Positions 1-10,101 of a stretch of 64,000 nucleotides of DNA are shown here, piece by piece. Below the pieces are notes generated by a model, which saw only the letters and a program-made list of their open reading frames with translations, made no database searches and was not told the DNA's origin. Source of the DNA: Clostridia bacterium (GTDB taxonomy: Bacteria > Bacillota > Clostridia > Oscillospirales > CAG-272); assembly GCA_017453305.1 (NCBI GenBank), contig JAFTKJ010000025.1, forward strand, positions 392 through 64,391. The letters are read 5' to 3'. A program made the position numbers and the translations under genes. Position 1 is the stretch's first letter. Every line of letters starts with the position of its first letter.

Positions 1-318
1 TCGGGGTAAGGAACGAACACGTTTTCGCGCAATCTTTTTGCCAGCTTGGTCTTATTCTTGCGGATCTGTCGCTCAATGTTGGTGGCGGCATCGTCAAGTG
101 CATCGCGGAAGCTGTCAGCCCCTACCTCGCTGCGGAACAGCGTCCCCGCAGCGGAAATGGTGATTTCGATGAATTTTTGATTATGTTTGCAGCTGAGCGT
201 CACGTTTGCGTCGCCCTCGCCGGGGAAGAATTTTTCAAACTTAGCAAGCTTTTTTTCGATGAGCAGCTTCATCTCTTCATAAACGTTCATTTGTCTGCCG
301 ATAATTGTAATCTTCATC
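1..318 (-). CDS. hpf: ribosome hibernation promoting factor (HPF/RaiA), C-terminally truncated by window edge
   Basis: Minus-strand translation from ATG at 316-318 gives MKITIIGRQMNVYEEMKLLIEKKLAKFEKFFPGEGDANVTLS...ERQIRKNKTKL, which aligns to HPF/YfiA (e.g. MNITITGR..EKKLAKLERFF...ERQIRKHKTK). Confidence 0.8.
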
Positions 319-489
319 TTGCTCTCCTTACCTTTCATTCAGTGTACGCAAGCAGATAGAATTCTCCTGCTTACAGTTACAGTATATCATACTTTGATGG
401 ATTTGTAAAGATAGGACAAAAAATGTTTACAATTTAAAAAATAATTGTAGAAAATGCGAATAAAAAATCTATTTTTTTGCAAAAAATGA

Positions 490-518
490 TTGACAGAGGG
501 AGAAAAAAATGATATAAT
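490..518 (+). promoter_or_regulatory. sigma-A type promoter (TTGACA-17-TATAAT) upstream of ligA
   Basis: ttgaca at 490-495, 17-nt spacer, tataat at 513-518. Confidence 0.5.
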
Positions 519-564
519 AAAAAAGATGAGTGCTGTAAAGGACTCGTTTTTTTGCCAAAAATGA

Positions 565-2595
<2,031 letters not shown>

Positions 2596-2601
2596 ATAAA
2601 A

Positions 2602-2646
2602 GATCCCAAGGATCTGCACGTGCAGATCCTTGGGATCGATTTTTTT
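2602..2646. terminator. bidirectional rho-independent terminator between ligA and capD-like gene
   Basis: perfect palindrome gatcccaaggatctgcacgtgcagatccttgggatc followed by T7; A-run on the other side. Confidence 0.7.
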
Positions 2647-2648
2647 GC

Positions 2649-4595
2649 TTAGTGTGCAACCGCTTCTTGCATTTCTTCTGCTTCGGCGGCTTTTTGATTG
2701 ACCTCGTCGGGATTTTGGAAGGTCGGAACCGCGCGGTGCAACGCATCGCGTATCGAATCTGAACTCAGCTCGCCGGCGGAGGCGGCAACCGCCGCGTTCA
2801 GATCAGCCAGCTTCTGTTCTACCTCGGCGCGCGAGAGCGGCGCATCGGTTTCGATGAAGATCATGTTGTTTTCGGTTCGCGTCAAGGCTTCGGTTTTGAT
2901 CAACAGCTCCTCGTAAAGCTTTTCACCGGGGCGCAAGCCGATCTCTTCAATCTTGATATCCACGTCGGGAGTCAGACCGCAAAGGCGGATCATATTGACT
3001 GCCAGATCGTAGATGCGTACGGGCTTGCCCATATCTAAAACGAAGAGCTCTCCGCGCTTTGCCATTGCACCTGCCTGCATCACCAATTGGCTTGCCTCGG
3101 GAATGGTCATAAAGTAGCGAATAATGCGCTTGTCGGTAATGGTGACGGGGCCGCCCTCTGCTATCTGTCTGCGGAACAGGGGAATGACCGAGCCGTTGGA
3201 GCCGAGCACGTTACCAAAGCGTACGGCGGCAAAGCTCGTTTCGCTGTCCTTGCGGCATTGCACGATCATTTCGCACATCCGCTTGGAGGCACCCATGATG
3301 TTGGTAGGGTTGACCGCCTTATCGGTGGAGATGAGAATGAACTTTCTAACGTTGTATTTTTCTGCCATGTCCGCCGTGTTGTAGGTGCCCATGACGTTGT
3401 TTTTCACGGCTTCACAGCCGCTGTGCTCCATCAAAGGAACGTGCTTGTGTGCCGCGGCATGGAATACGATATCGGGGCGATAATGCTTGAAGATGGACTC
3501 CAGACGTACACGGTCGCGCACGGAGGCGATCTCCACCGAAAGCTTCAGTGCGTTTCCGTATTTGCGGGAGAGCTCCTGCTGAATGTCGTATGCGTTGTTT
3601 TCGTAAATGTCGAGAATGATCAGCTCTGCGGGCTTGCATTTCGCAATCTGACGACAAAGCTCGCTTCCGATCGATCCACCGCCACCCGTTACCAGCACTT
3701 TTTTACCGGTGTAGTAGTGGGAGGAGAAGCTGTTGTCGATGGAAATGGACTTTCTGAATAAGAGGTCCTCAATGCGAAAATCGTGCAAAACGCCCTGTGA
3801 CATGCGCTTGACGTTGGACTCGGAGGGAATGTCTGCATCCTTGTAAGACATATCGTAGATCTTGATCTTACAGTTGGTCTTGCTGTAGCGTTCGTATAGA
3901 GAGGATGCGGTTTCGTGATCCAGCTTTGCCAGGGCGAAGAAGATCTCTTCAATTTCCTGATCTTTGATAAAATCAATAATCGCGTCATTTTCGGGATAGA
4001 CGGTCAGTCCGGAGATACGGCTACCCACCTTGGTGGTGTCGCGATCGATGAAGAACATCGGTTGATAATTGGAGTGTCTGGCGCAAAGTAACTCGTCTGC
4101 TAAAATTGCGCCAAGCTGACCCGCACCAACAATTGCAACGGGAATCTTATGTGCACCGTCATCCTCCATCTTTTTGCGACGTCTGTAAACCAGGCAGTAA
4201 CAAAAACGGGATGAAAGCACCATCAAACAGGAAAGGGAAGCGACGATGACGAATACCCAAACGTCGGTATAAAGTCCCGTAAAACGGCATAGGAACAGGG
4301 CAAAAAGTGCGCCGATGCAATCCGAAAGCACCATTTTTAAGTAGGTGGCGGTATTGCTGTAACGCCAGATGCTGAGGTAGATCTTGAAAATAAAGCGGAA
4401 CATCATGATCGATGCCAGCATGATGGAGGCGTTGATCAGATAGTTGATGGGGTCGTAATGCATCACTCTCTCCAAAACAATGGTAGATATAAAGTAAAGG
4501 AGTGCGATTACAATATAGCACAAGATGTCAAAACCAATGAGCACAACTTTTCGCGATCGGTCCATTTTGATTTTTGAGTTATAAATTTTCTCCAT
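2649..4595 (-). CDS. membrane-anchored NDP-sugar 4,6-dehydratase/epimerase (CapD/PglF/WbpM/FlaA1 family)
   Basis: 648 aa; N-terminal TM helices, Rossmann motifs VLVTGGGGSIGSELCRQI and IVGAGQLG, polysacc_synt_2 architecture. Confidence 0.85.
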   Translation of the reverse strand: MEKIYNSKIKMDRSRKVVLIGFDILCYIVIALLYFISTIVLERVMHYDPINYLINASIMLASIMMFRFIFKIYLSIWRYSNTATYLKMVLSDCIGALFALFLCRFTGLYTDVWVFVIVASLSCLMVLSSRFCYCLVYRRRKKMEDDGAHKIPVAIVGAGQLGAILADELLCARHSNYQPMFFIDRDTTKVGSRISGLTVYPENDAIIDFIKDQEIEEIFFALAKLDHETASSLYERYSKTNCKIKIYDMSYKDADIPSESNVKRMSQGVLHDFRIEDLLFRKSISIDNSFSSHYYTGKKVLVTGGGGSIGSELCRQIAKCKPAELIILDIYENNAYDIQQELSRKYGNALKLSVEIASVRDRVRLESIFKHYRPDIVFHAAAHKHVPLMEHSGCEAVKNNVMGTYNTADMAEKYNVRKFILISTDKAVNPTNIMGASKRMCEMIVQCRKDSETSFAAVRFGNVLGSNGSVIPLFRRQIAEGGPVTITDKRIIRYFMTIPEASQLVMQAGAMAKRGELFVLDMGKPVRIYDLAVNMIRLCGLTPDVDIKIEEIGLRPGEKLYEELLIKTEALTRTENNMIFIETDAPLSRAEVEQKLADLNAAVAASAGELSSDSIRDALHRAVPTFQNPDEVNQKAAEAEEMQEAVAH

Positions 4596-4806
4596 AATCT
4601 TATGTTCACCTTCTGTGTATCATTTGATGGGGAATATCGGAACCGGGGCTCTATTGAGGATTGTTATTTGCAAAAGTGTTTTACCACACAAGTTTTATTA
4701 TAACATATGGAGCGAATTTTGTCAAGCGTTTTGACCGCTTTTCACTTTTGGATATGATTGGATTTTGTTAAAAATGTAAAAAAAAGGATTTTTGCAAAAA
4801 AACATC

Positions 4807-4835
4807 TTGACATTGACTTCTCAGCGCAGTATAAT
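4807..4835 (+). promoter_or_regulatory. sigma-A type promoter (TTGACA-17-TATAAT)
   Basis: ttgaca 4807-4812, tataat 4830-4835, upstream of ECF S-component-like gene. Confidence 0.5.
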
Positions 4836-4881
4836 AATACCATTCTTTTTTAGCAAATAATGTACCAAAGGAGAGGGATAT

Positions 4882-5433
4882 ATGAGATCGGATCAAATTC
4901 AAAAAACGGTATACGCCGCATTGCTTGGAGCTATGGTATTCGTGGCAACGTGGGTCTCCTTTCCCACGCCGTTTGGTGGAAACGTCAACATGGGTGATTG
5001 CGCACTTTTGCTTGCCGTGTTCTTCCCTTTAGAGCCGTGGAGCATCGTTGCCTGCGCGGTGGGAGCATCCTTGACCGATCTTTTAGGCGGATACGCGGTG
5101 TATGCGCCTGCGACTCTTGTGATCAAGGCACTTATGGTTGCCGTTGGCGTATGCATCAAGCGTGTTACCTCAAAGCTTCCGTCCTTTGTGCGCGCTCTGC
5201 TTTGCGGCGTGGGGGCGGAGGTCTGCATGGTGGTCGGCTACTACGTTTACGAGGCGTTTGCCTTGTACGGCGCTGTGGCGGCACTGGCAAACGTGCCGTT
5301 CAATCTTTTGCAGGGCGGTGTTGCGTGTGCGGTTGCCTGCGCGCTGTTGCTGGTTATCTCGCAAATGCCTTTGCCACGAGTATTGAAGGAAGGTCATGCG
5401 CTTTTTTTGCACAGATTTACAAAAAAGCAATGA
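4882..5433 (+). CDS. ECF-transporter S-component-like integral membrane protein (substrate unknown)
   Basis: 183 aa, ~5-6 hydrophobic helices, small size and Gly-rich motifs typical of ECF S components; good RBS aaaggagagggatatATG. Confidence 0.45.
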   Translation: MRSDQIQKTVYAALLGAMVFVATWVSFPTPFGGNVNMGDCALLLAVFFPLEPWSIVACAVGASLTDLLGGYAVYAPATLVIKALMVAVGVCIKRVTSKLPSFVRALLCGVGAEVCMVVGYYVYEAFALYGAVAALANVPFNLLQGGVACAVACALLLVISQMPLPRVLKEGHALFLHRFTKKQ

Positions 5434-5492
5434 ATCGCTTCTTCTTTTGTGATATACTATCCGTAGATCTATAAACGGAGAGGAATATTCGT

Positions 5493-6191
5493 ATGAAAAA
5501 AACAGCTTTCTTTTTGGCATGCCTATTGCTCTGCCTGCTTGTATGCACGGGGTGTGCCGCCGAGCGCCACGATTTGCTGTATGAAATTGAGCGCGACGGC
5601 GTGGTTTATTGCGTTCGCGGAACGGGAACGCAGGCAAAGCAGATCGTGATCAAAAAGGACGGAAGCCTGATCTGGTCGCAACGGGTAAAGGCAGACCGCG
5701 AGATTGGAAATTTGGGCGGTACGTACGGCTTTGAATTGCAGGATCTCAATTTTGACGGACTTTTGGATCTTCTGATCGCGGTGGAAAAGACGAAGGATTG
5801 CGTTTCCTACGTTTGTTGGCTGCGCGATGCCGATCGCTTGTCCTTTACCGAGTCGACAGAGCTTTCGGGACTTTGCAATATTTACGCAGACGCGCGTTTG
5901 CAAGCGATCTTCGCTTTTTCGCAAACCGCAGAGATGCGCGGCGAGGATGGATACAGTACCTGCGATAAGACCACCAAGTACGTGTGGGAAGAGGGCAAGC
6001 TTGTTCCCGACATGTACGCCGCCATCAACTATTACTCCGGCGCAACGCAATATCCGTACTGCTACTCGGTGGCGTATTACGATGCCGAGATCAAGGATTT
6101 TAAGGATTCCTCCGACGACTGGATGACAGCCGAGGAGTATCGCTCCCTGGATTGGGACTTCTTGTACTATTTTAAGGACTCTGAAAAATAA
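5493..6191 (+). CDS. lipoprotein of unknown function
   Basis: Signal peptide with lipobox LLVCTGC; 232 aa. Confidence 0.6.
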   Translation: MKKTAFFLACLLLCLLVCTGCAAERHDLLYEIERDGVVYCVRGTGTQAKQIVIKKDGSLIWSQRVKADREIGNLGGTYGFELQDLNFDGLLDLLIAVEKTKDCVSYVCWLRDADRLSFTESTELSGLCNIYADARLQAIFAFSQTAEMRGEDGYSTCDKTTKYVWEEGKLVPDMYAAINYYSGATQYPYCYSVAYYDAEIKDFKDSSDDWMTAEEYRSLDWDFLYYFKDSEK

Positions 6192-6289
6192 AAAAGGGCA
6201 GGGGAGCGTCCCTGCGCACTTGAACCAATCGCCAAAAATAGAAGTGACCCTTGACTGTAGTTGTAATCCCACAATCAAGGGTCACTTCT
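6185..6289 (-). terminator. tandem rho-independent terminators oriented for minus-strand transcription
   Basis: Hairpin 6198-6215 (gcaggg/ccctgc) followed on minus strand by ttttttatttt; perfect 15-bp stem 6240-6254/6275-6289 followed on minus strand by tattttt. Confidence 0.5.
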
Positions 6290-6721
6290 GTTCGTTCTTA
6301 GTATCTAACATCTTTTGTGATCCTCTCTTTCTATAGTCTGCCTTTTTCTTCCGTTTCACAACTCCGATAACACACTTTTTTCTTTTTTTCTCTTTGGAGA
6401 ATACCCATCGTTATGCTTTGCGCTCGGTTCAAAAGGCGAATTGTTTGGGCTTCTTCAGCGGCACGGTGACGATTGGATACTCACACTCACAAATGCTCTT
6501 TATCAGCATTTTAAAAATCTATATTGAAGCGTTACACCGCCGTGTGATATATCTACTCCTTTTGACACGGTTGTTTTATTGTGTCCTCGTCTACCCATTT
6601 TTTTATTTCTACCGTTTTTTTCTTTTCTCTCCACGCACTGTATCCTTCGTGCTTTGGACCCGCCATGCCGAATGCCCGTGGCTTAGTGTTTCATCGGACC
6701 GTACCTCCTTTTCTTTTGGTC
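6230..6721 (-). ncRNA. candidate ~500-nt purine-rich noncoding transcript (unclassified)
   Basis: Minus-strand promoter TTGCAA(6756-6751)-17-TATACT(6733-6728); no ORF >60 aa on either strand over ~700 bp; strong strand asymmetry (minus strand A/G-rich); tandem terminators at 6289-6185. Confidence 0.3.
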
Positions 6722-6930
6722 ACTTATAGTATAGCACACTTTTTTGCAAATTGCAATATGGCAATGTGCAAGAAATTTTAACCCCGTTTTTGGGCAAAAA
6801 GGAGAAATTTCGGTGCACGCGCAAATTACCCCTTTACAAATGCAAAAAAGTATGATATAATATATCTGTTGTGTTGTGGCAATTCTGTCACAGCATTCTT
6901 TTTTTATTGCATGTGGGCACGGGAATAAAA

Positions 6931-6971
6931 GATGAGGGAGCCTTTTGTCAAAAAGGCTCCCTCATCTTTTT
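6931..6971. terminator. bidirectional terminator downstream of trpB2 (also 3' end of a candidate plus-strand sRNA)
   Basis: gatgagggagcc(tttt gtca aaaa)ggctccctcatc + ttttt on plus; T-rich on minus as well. Confidence 0.65.
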
Positions 6972-6979
6972 AAAATCAA

Positions 6980-8350
6980 TTAAAGCTTCGGGATTTTGGA
7001 AAGTCCTGCGGCAATCTCATCGTCGGTAGGCGCGTAGTCGGTCATTCTGCCGTCGTGGAATTTTTCATAGGACATCATGTCAAAGTATCCCGTACCGGTC
7101 AAGCCGAACACGATGACCTTTTCTTCGCCCGTTTCGCGGCACTTCATTGCCTCATCGATTGCCACCTTGATTGCGTGAGAGCTTTCGGGAGCAGGGAGGA
7201 TGCCTTCAATGCGTGCAAAATACTCTGCAGCCGCAAAGACCTCAGTCTGCTTGACCGTGCGTGCCTCCATCAGTCCCTCGTCGTACAGCTCGGAGAGGGT
7301 GGAGCTCATGCCGTGGTAGCGCAAGCCGCCTGCGTGCGTTGCCGCAGGGATAAAGCCACTTCCAAGGGTATACATCTTTGCCAAGGGGCAAACGCGACCG
7401 GTGTCGCAGTAATCGTAAACGTACTTTCCGCGGGTCAGACTGGGGCAGCTTTCGGGCTCAACAGCAATAAAGCGGTAATCTGCCTCACCGCGCAGCTTTT
7501 CACCCATAAAGGGCGCGATCAAGCCACCAAGGTTAGAGCCGCCGCCGGCACAGCCGATGACGATATCTGCCTTTACGCCGTATTTATCCAGCGCCGCCTT
7601 GGTCTCCATGCCGATCACGGATTGGTGGAGCATGACCTGGGAAAGCACGCTTCCCAGCACGTAGCGATAGCCTTCGCGCTCGGTTGCCGCCTCTACCGCC
7701 TCAGAGATCGCACAGCCAAGGCTGCCCGTGGTTCCGGGGAACTCCTCAAGGATCTGTCTGCCCACGCGCGTGGTGGTGGAGGGGGAGGGAGTAACGTCTG
7801 CACCGTAGGTACGCATCACCTCGCGGCGGAAGGGCTTTTGCTCATAGGAGCATTTGACCATAAATACCTTGCAGTCCAGGTCAAAGTAGGAGCACGCCAT
7901 AGAAAGCGCGGTACCCCATTGTCCTGCACCCGTCTCGGTGGTAACGCCCTTCAGCCCCTGCTGCTTTGCGTAGTATGCCTGCGCAATGGCAGAGTTGAGC
8001 TTGTGGCTTCCGCTGGTGTTGTTGCCCTCAAACTTGTAATAGATGTGTGCGGGCGTGCCCAGCTTCTTTTCCAGGCAGTATGCGCGCACCAGCGGTGCGG
8101 GACGGTACATTTTATAAAAGTTCAGGATCTCCTCGGGGATGGGAATATAGCGATTGGTGTCGTCCAGCTCCTGCTTGACAAGCTCGTCGCAAAATACCTT
8201 GCCCAGCTCCTCGGCGGTAATGGGCTTGCAGGTCTTGGGGTCGAGCAGGGGAGCGGGCTTTTTGGTCATATCAGCGCGCACGTTGTACCAGTTGCGCGGC
8301 ATCTCACTCTCTTCTAAATAAATTTTGTAGGGGATTTCTTTGTTTGCCAT
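6980..8350 (-). CDS. trpB: TrpB2-type tryptophan synthase beta subunit-like PLP enzyme
   Basis: 456 aa; ...HIYYKFEGNNTSGSHKLNSAIAQAYYAKQQGLKGVTTETGAGQWGTALSMAC... PLP-lysine (SHK) and GAGQWG motif; long TrpB2-type N-terminus. Confidence 0.85.
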   Translation of the reverse strand: MANKEIPYKIYLEESEMPRNWYNVRADMTKKPAPLLDPKTCKPITAEELGKVFCDELVKQELDDTNRYIPIPEEILNFYKMYRPAPLVRAYCLEKKLGTPAHIYYKFEGNNTSGSHKLNSAIAQAYYAKQQGLKGVTTETGAGQWGTALSMACSYFDLDCKVFMVKCSYEQKPFRREVMRTYGADVTPSPSTTTRVGRQILEEFPGTTGSLGCAISEAVEAATEREGYRYVLGSVLSQVMLHQSVIGMETKAALDKYGVKADIVIGCAGGGSNLGGLIAPFMGEKLRGEADYRFIAVEPESCPSLTRGKYVYDYCDTGRVCPLAKMYTLGSGFIPAATHAGGLRYHGMSSTLSELYDEGLMEARTVKQTEVFAAAEYFARIEGILPAPESSHAIKVAIDEAMKCRETGEEKVIVFGLTGTGYFDMMSYEKFHDGRMTDYAPTDDEIAAGLSKIPKL

Positions 8351-8359
8351 TTTTTATAT

Positions 8360-8700
8360 TCTCCTTTCGGTATTTTTTCCAACAAAAAACGCCCTGTTAC
8401 CTTGCGGTAATAGGGACGAGGTTTTCGCGGTGCCACCCTGATTGAAGCAAACGAATGCTTCCACTTTTCGCATACCTACATATGCGGCGCCACGTGATAA
8501 CGGGAGCGCACCCCGTCGAAGCCTACTGATGCATGCGCACGTTCGGTTCGCCCTTGGAAGCCCATTCCTCTCGCCGTGCCTGCCGCAATTCCACCACCTG
8601 CGACTCTCTGAAAGAGCACCTCTGCAAAAGTACTATTCTTCCTCATCGGTTTTTGTTGTTTTTAATAGTATACCTCTTTTTTGGCAATTTGTCAATAGGT
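8360..8700 (-). promoter_or_regulatory. T-box riboswitch leader (Trp specifier) controlling trpB2
   Basis: Minus strand contains promoter TTGACA-17-TATACT (~8745-8717), AGAGAG GA-motif, candidate specifier UGGA, AGUAGG distal loop, T-box sequence AAUCAGGGUGGCACCGCG and terminator hairpin ccctattaccgcaaggtaacaggg+U6 immediately before the start codon. Confidence 0.65.
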
Positions 8701-8761
8701 TTGCGAAAAAAAGATCAAAAAAAGAGCGGTGGTGCATTGGAGTGCACGCACCGCCGATCGT

Positions 8762-9292
8762 TCAGGCTTTCTTGCTGACCAATTCGTCAAGAGACTTTCT
8801 CTTTTTGTTACGCAGAGGATCGTCATCTTTGGGATATCCAACGGTAATGACCAGACGAACGGGATGCTCCAACGAGCAGATCGCACGAATCTTTTCGTCG
8901 TCGAGCCAGCCGAGAATGCAGGTTCCGAGTCCTTGCTCCGTTGCCTCTGCGGTCAGATATGCCGCCGCAATACCGATATCAATGGAGCGGTAATCATTGC
9001 CCTTGACCTTGGAACCGAGTGCCGCCGTTTTTACGTAGGGCTCCTCGGAGATAACGATAAGGACGGGGGCATCCGCTGCAAAGCGGTTCATTCCCATCCC
9101 CATGGTGGCACGAGCCACGTCGCGAGCCACGTCACCGCGGCAAACGGTAAAGTGGTAGGGCTGACCGTTGCAGGCGGAGGGGGCAAGTCTTGCTGCCTCA
9201 AGCATTGCGTTGATCTTTTCCTCTTCTACCGCTTTTTGTGGATTGTAGCTCCGGCAGGATTGTCGCAGTTTTGCAAGATCCGAAAATTGCAT
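8762..9292 (-). CDS. nitroreductase family protein
   Basis: 176 aa; CRSYNPQ...LEAARLAPSACNGQPYHF motif typical of NfsB/NfnB-like nitroreductases. Confidence 0.8.
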   Translation of the reverse strand: MQFSDLAKLRQSCRSYNPQKAVEEEKINAMLEAARLAPSACNGQPYHFTVCRGDVARDVARATMGMGMNRFAADAPVLIVISEEPYVKTAALGSKVKGNDYRSIDIGIAAAYLTAEATEQGLGTCILGWLDDEKIRAICSLEHPVRLVITVGYPKDDDPLRNKKRKSLDELVSKKA

Positions 9293-9333
9293 AGGCTTCT
9301 CCTTTTTTTGAACATCGATCTTATCTTACTCTG

Positions 9334-9981
9334 TTATTCCAAATGCAGTGCATCGGCATTGAGGAATGCGTGGGCGCTTAGGCGCGAGTCGGTGGGGATG
9401 GTGCGGGATGCTTTGCATTTTTTGCAGGTGACGCACACGCCGCTGTCAGTGATCTCCACGTCGTAGTCGCGCTCGTTGTCCTCGGGGGAGCATTTGCAAT
9501 AGATCTTGCCCTCAGCGTCCATGTCCTTGATGACGAACATGACGATGTCGAGGATCTGCGGATCGGGAAGAGCCTCCTCGTCGTCGTGCATGGGGTCAAA
9601 GTTTTTCAGTCCGCTTTTTTCCATCAGATCCAACAATTCCAATTCGGTGCGCGCCAGCTCTGCCTTTACCAGGTTGACGTCACCGAAGAATGCGAGTGCA
9701 AAATCGGAGGCGTAGGGGCAGGACAGCGTAAAGAGCTCCTTATTATAAAAAAGCGTGCTGCTCAGGGTAAAGAGGTGCGGCGTGGTGCAGATCATGCAGG
9801 GAACGGTGATGCGGACCTTGCCGTCAGAGGAGGAGACGATGCTCATCTCGCTGTGACCGCAGGTGCATTTGAGCTTGATCATATCTGCGGAGAGCGAAAA
9901 AACGTTGACCGCGCTGATGACGCCTGCACCGCAATGCGGGCATCGGTAAGCTACCGTTGTTTGTTTGGAATCAAGTACCAT
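9334..9981 (-). CDS. cysteine-rich hypothetical protein (multiple CxxC motifs)
   Basis: Start taken at internal ATG (MVLDSKQ..., RBS aaaggaa) because a perfect terminator hairpin lies upstream; CPHCG, CTCGH, CMIC, CKCS, CVTCKKC motifs. Confidence 0.45.
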   Translation of the reverse strand: MVLDSKQTTVAYRCPHCGAGVISAVNVFSLSADMIKLKCTCGHSEMSIVSSSDGKVRITVPCMICTTPHLFTLSSTLFYNKELFTLSCPYASDFALAFFGDVNLVKAELARTELELLDLMEKSGLKNFDPMHDDEEALPDPQILDIVMFVIKDMDAEGKIYCKCSPEDNERDYDVEITDSGVCVTCKKCKASRTIPTDSRLSAHAFLNADALHLE

Positions 9982-10035
9982 TGCAAAGAAGTTCCTTTTC
10001 TGAATTTGATATGGGGAGTCAGTACAGTATATTCG

Positions 10036-10075
10036 ATCCTTCACAAAATGGCACGGAAAATTCCGTGCCATTTTG
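10036..10075 (-). terminator. rho-independent terminator after large surface protein gene
   Basis: aaaatggcacggaa-tt-ttccgtgccatttt perfect inverted repeat followed by T-rich tract on minus strand. Confidence 0.6.
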
Positions 10076-10101
10076 CGGATCAGAGATTTCCGATCGGGTA
10101 A

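Noticed and set aside
7055-8317. 420-aa plus-strand ORF
   Set aside because: Antisense to trpB2, which has clear PLP-enzyme motifs; shadow ORF.
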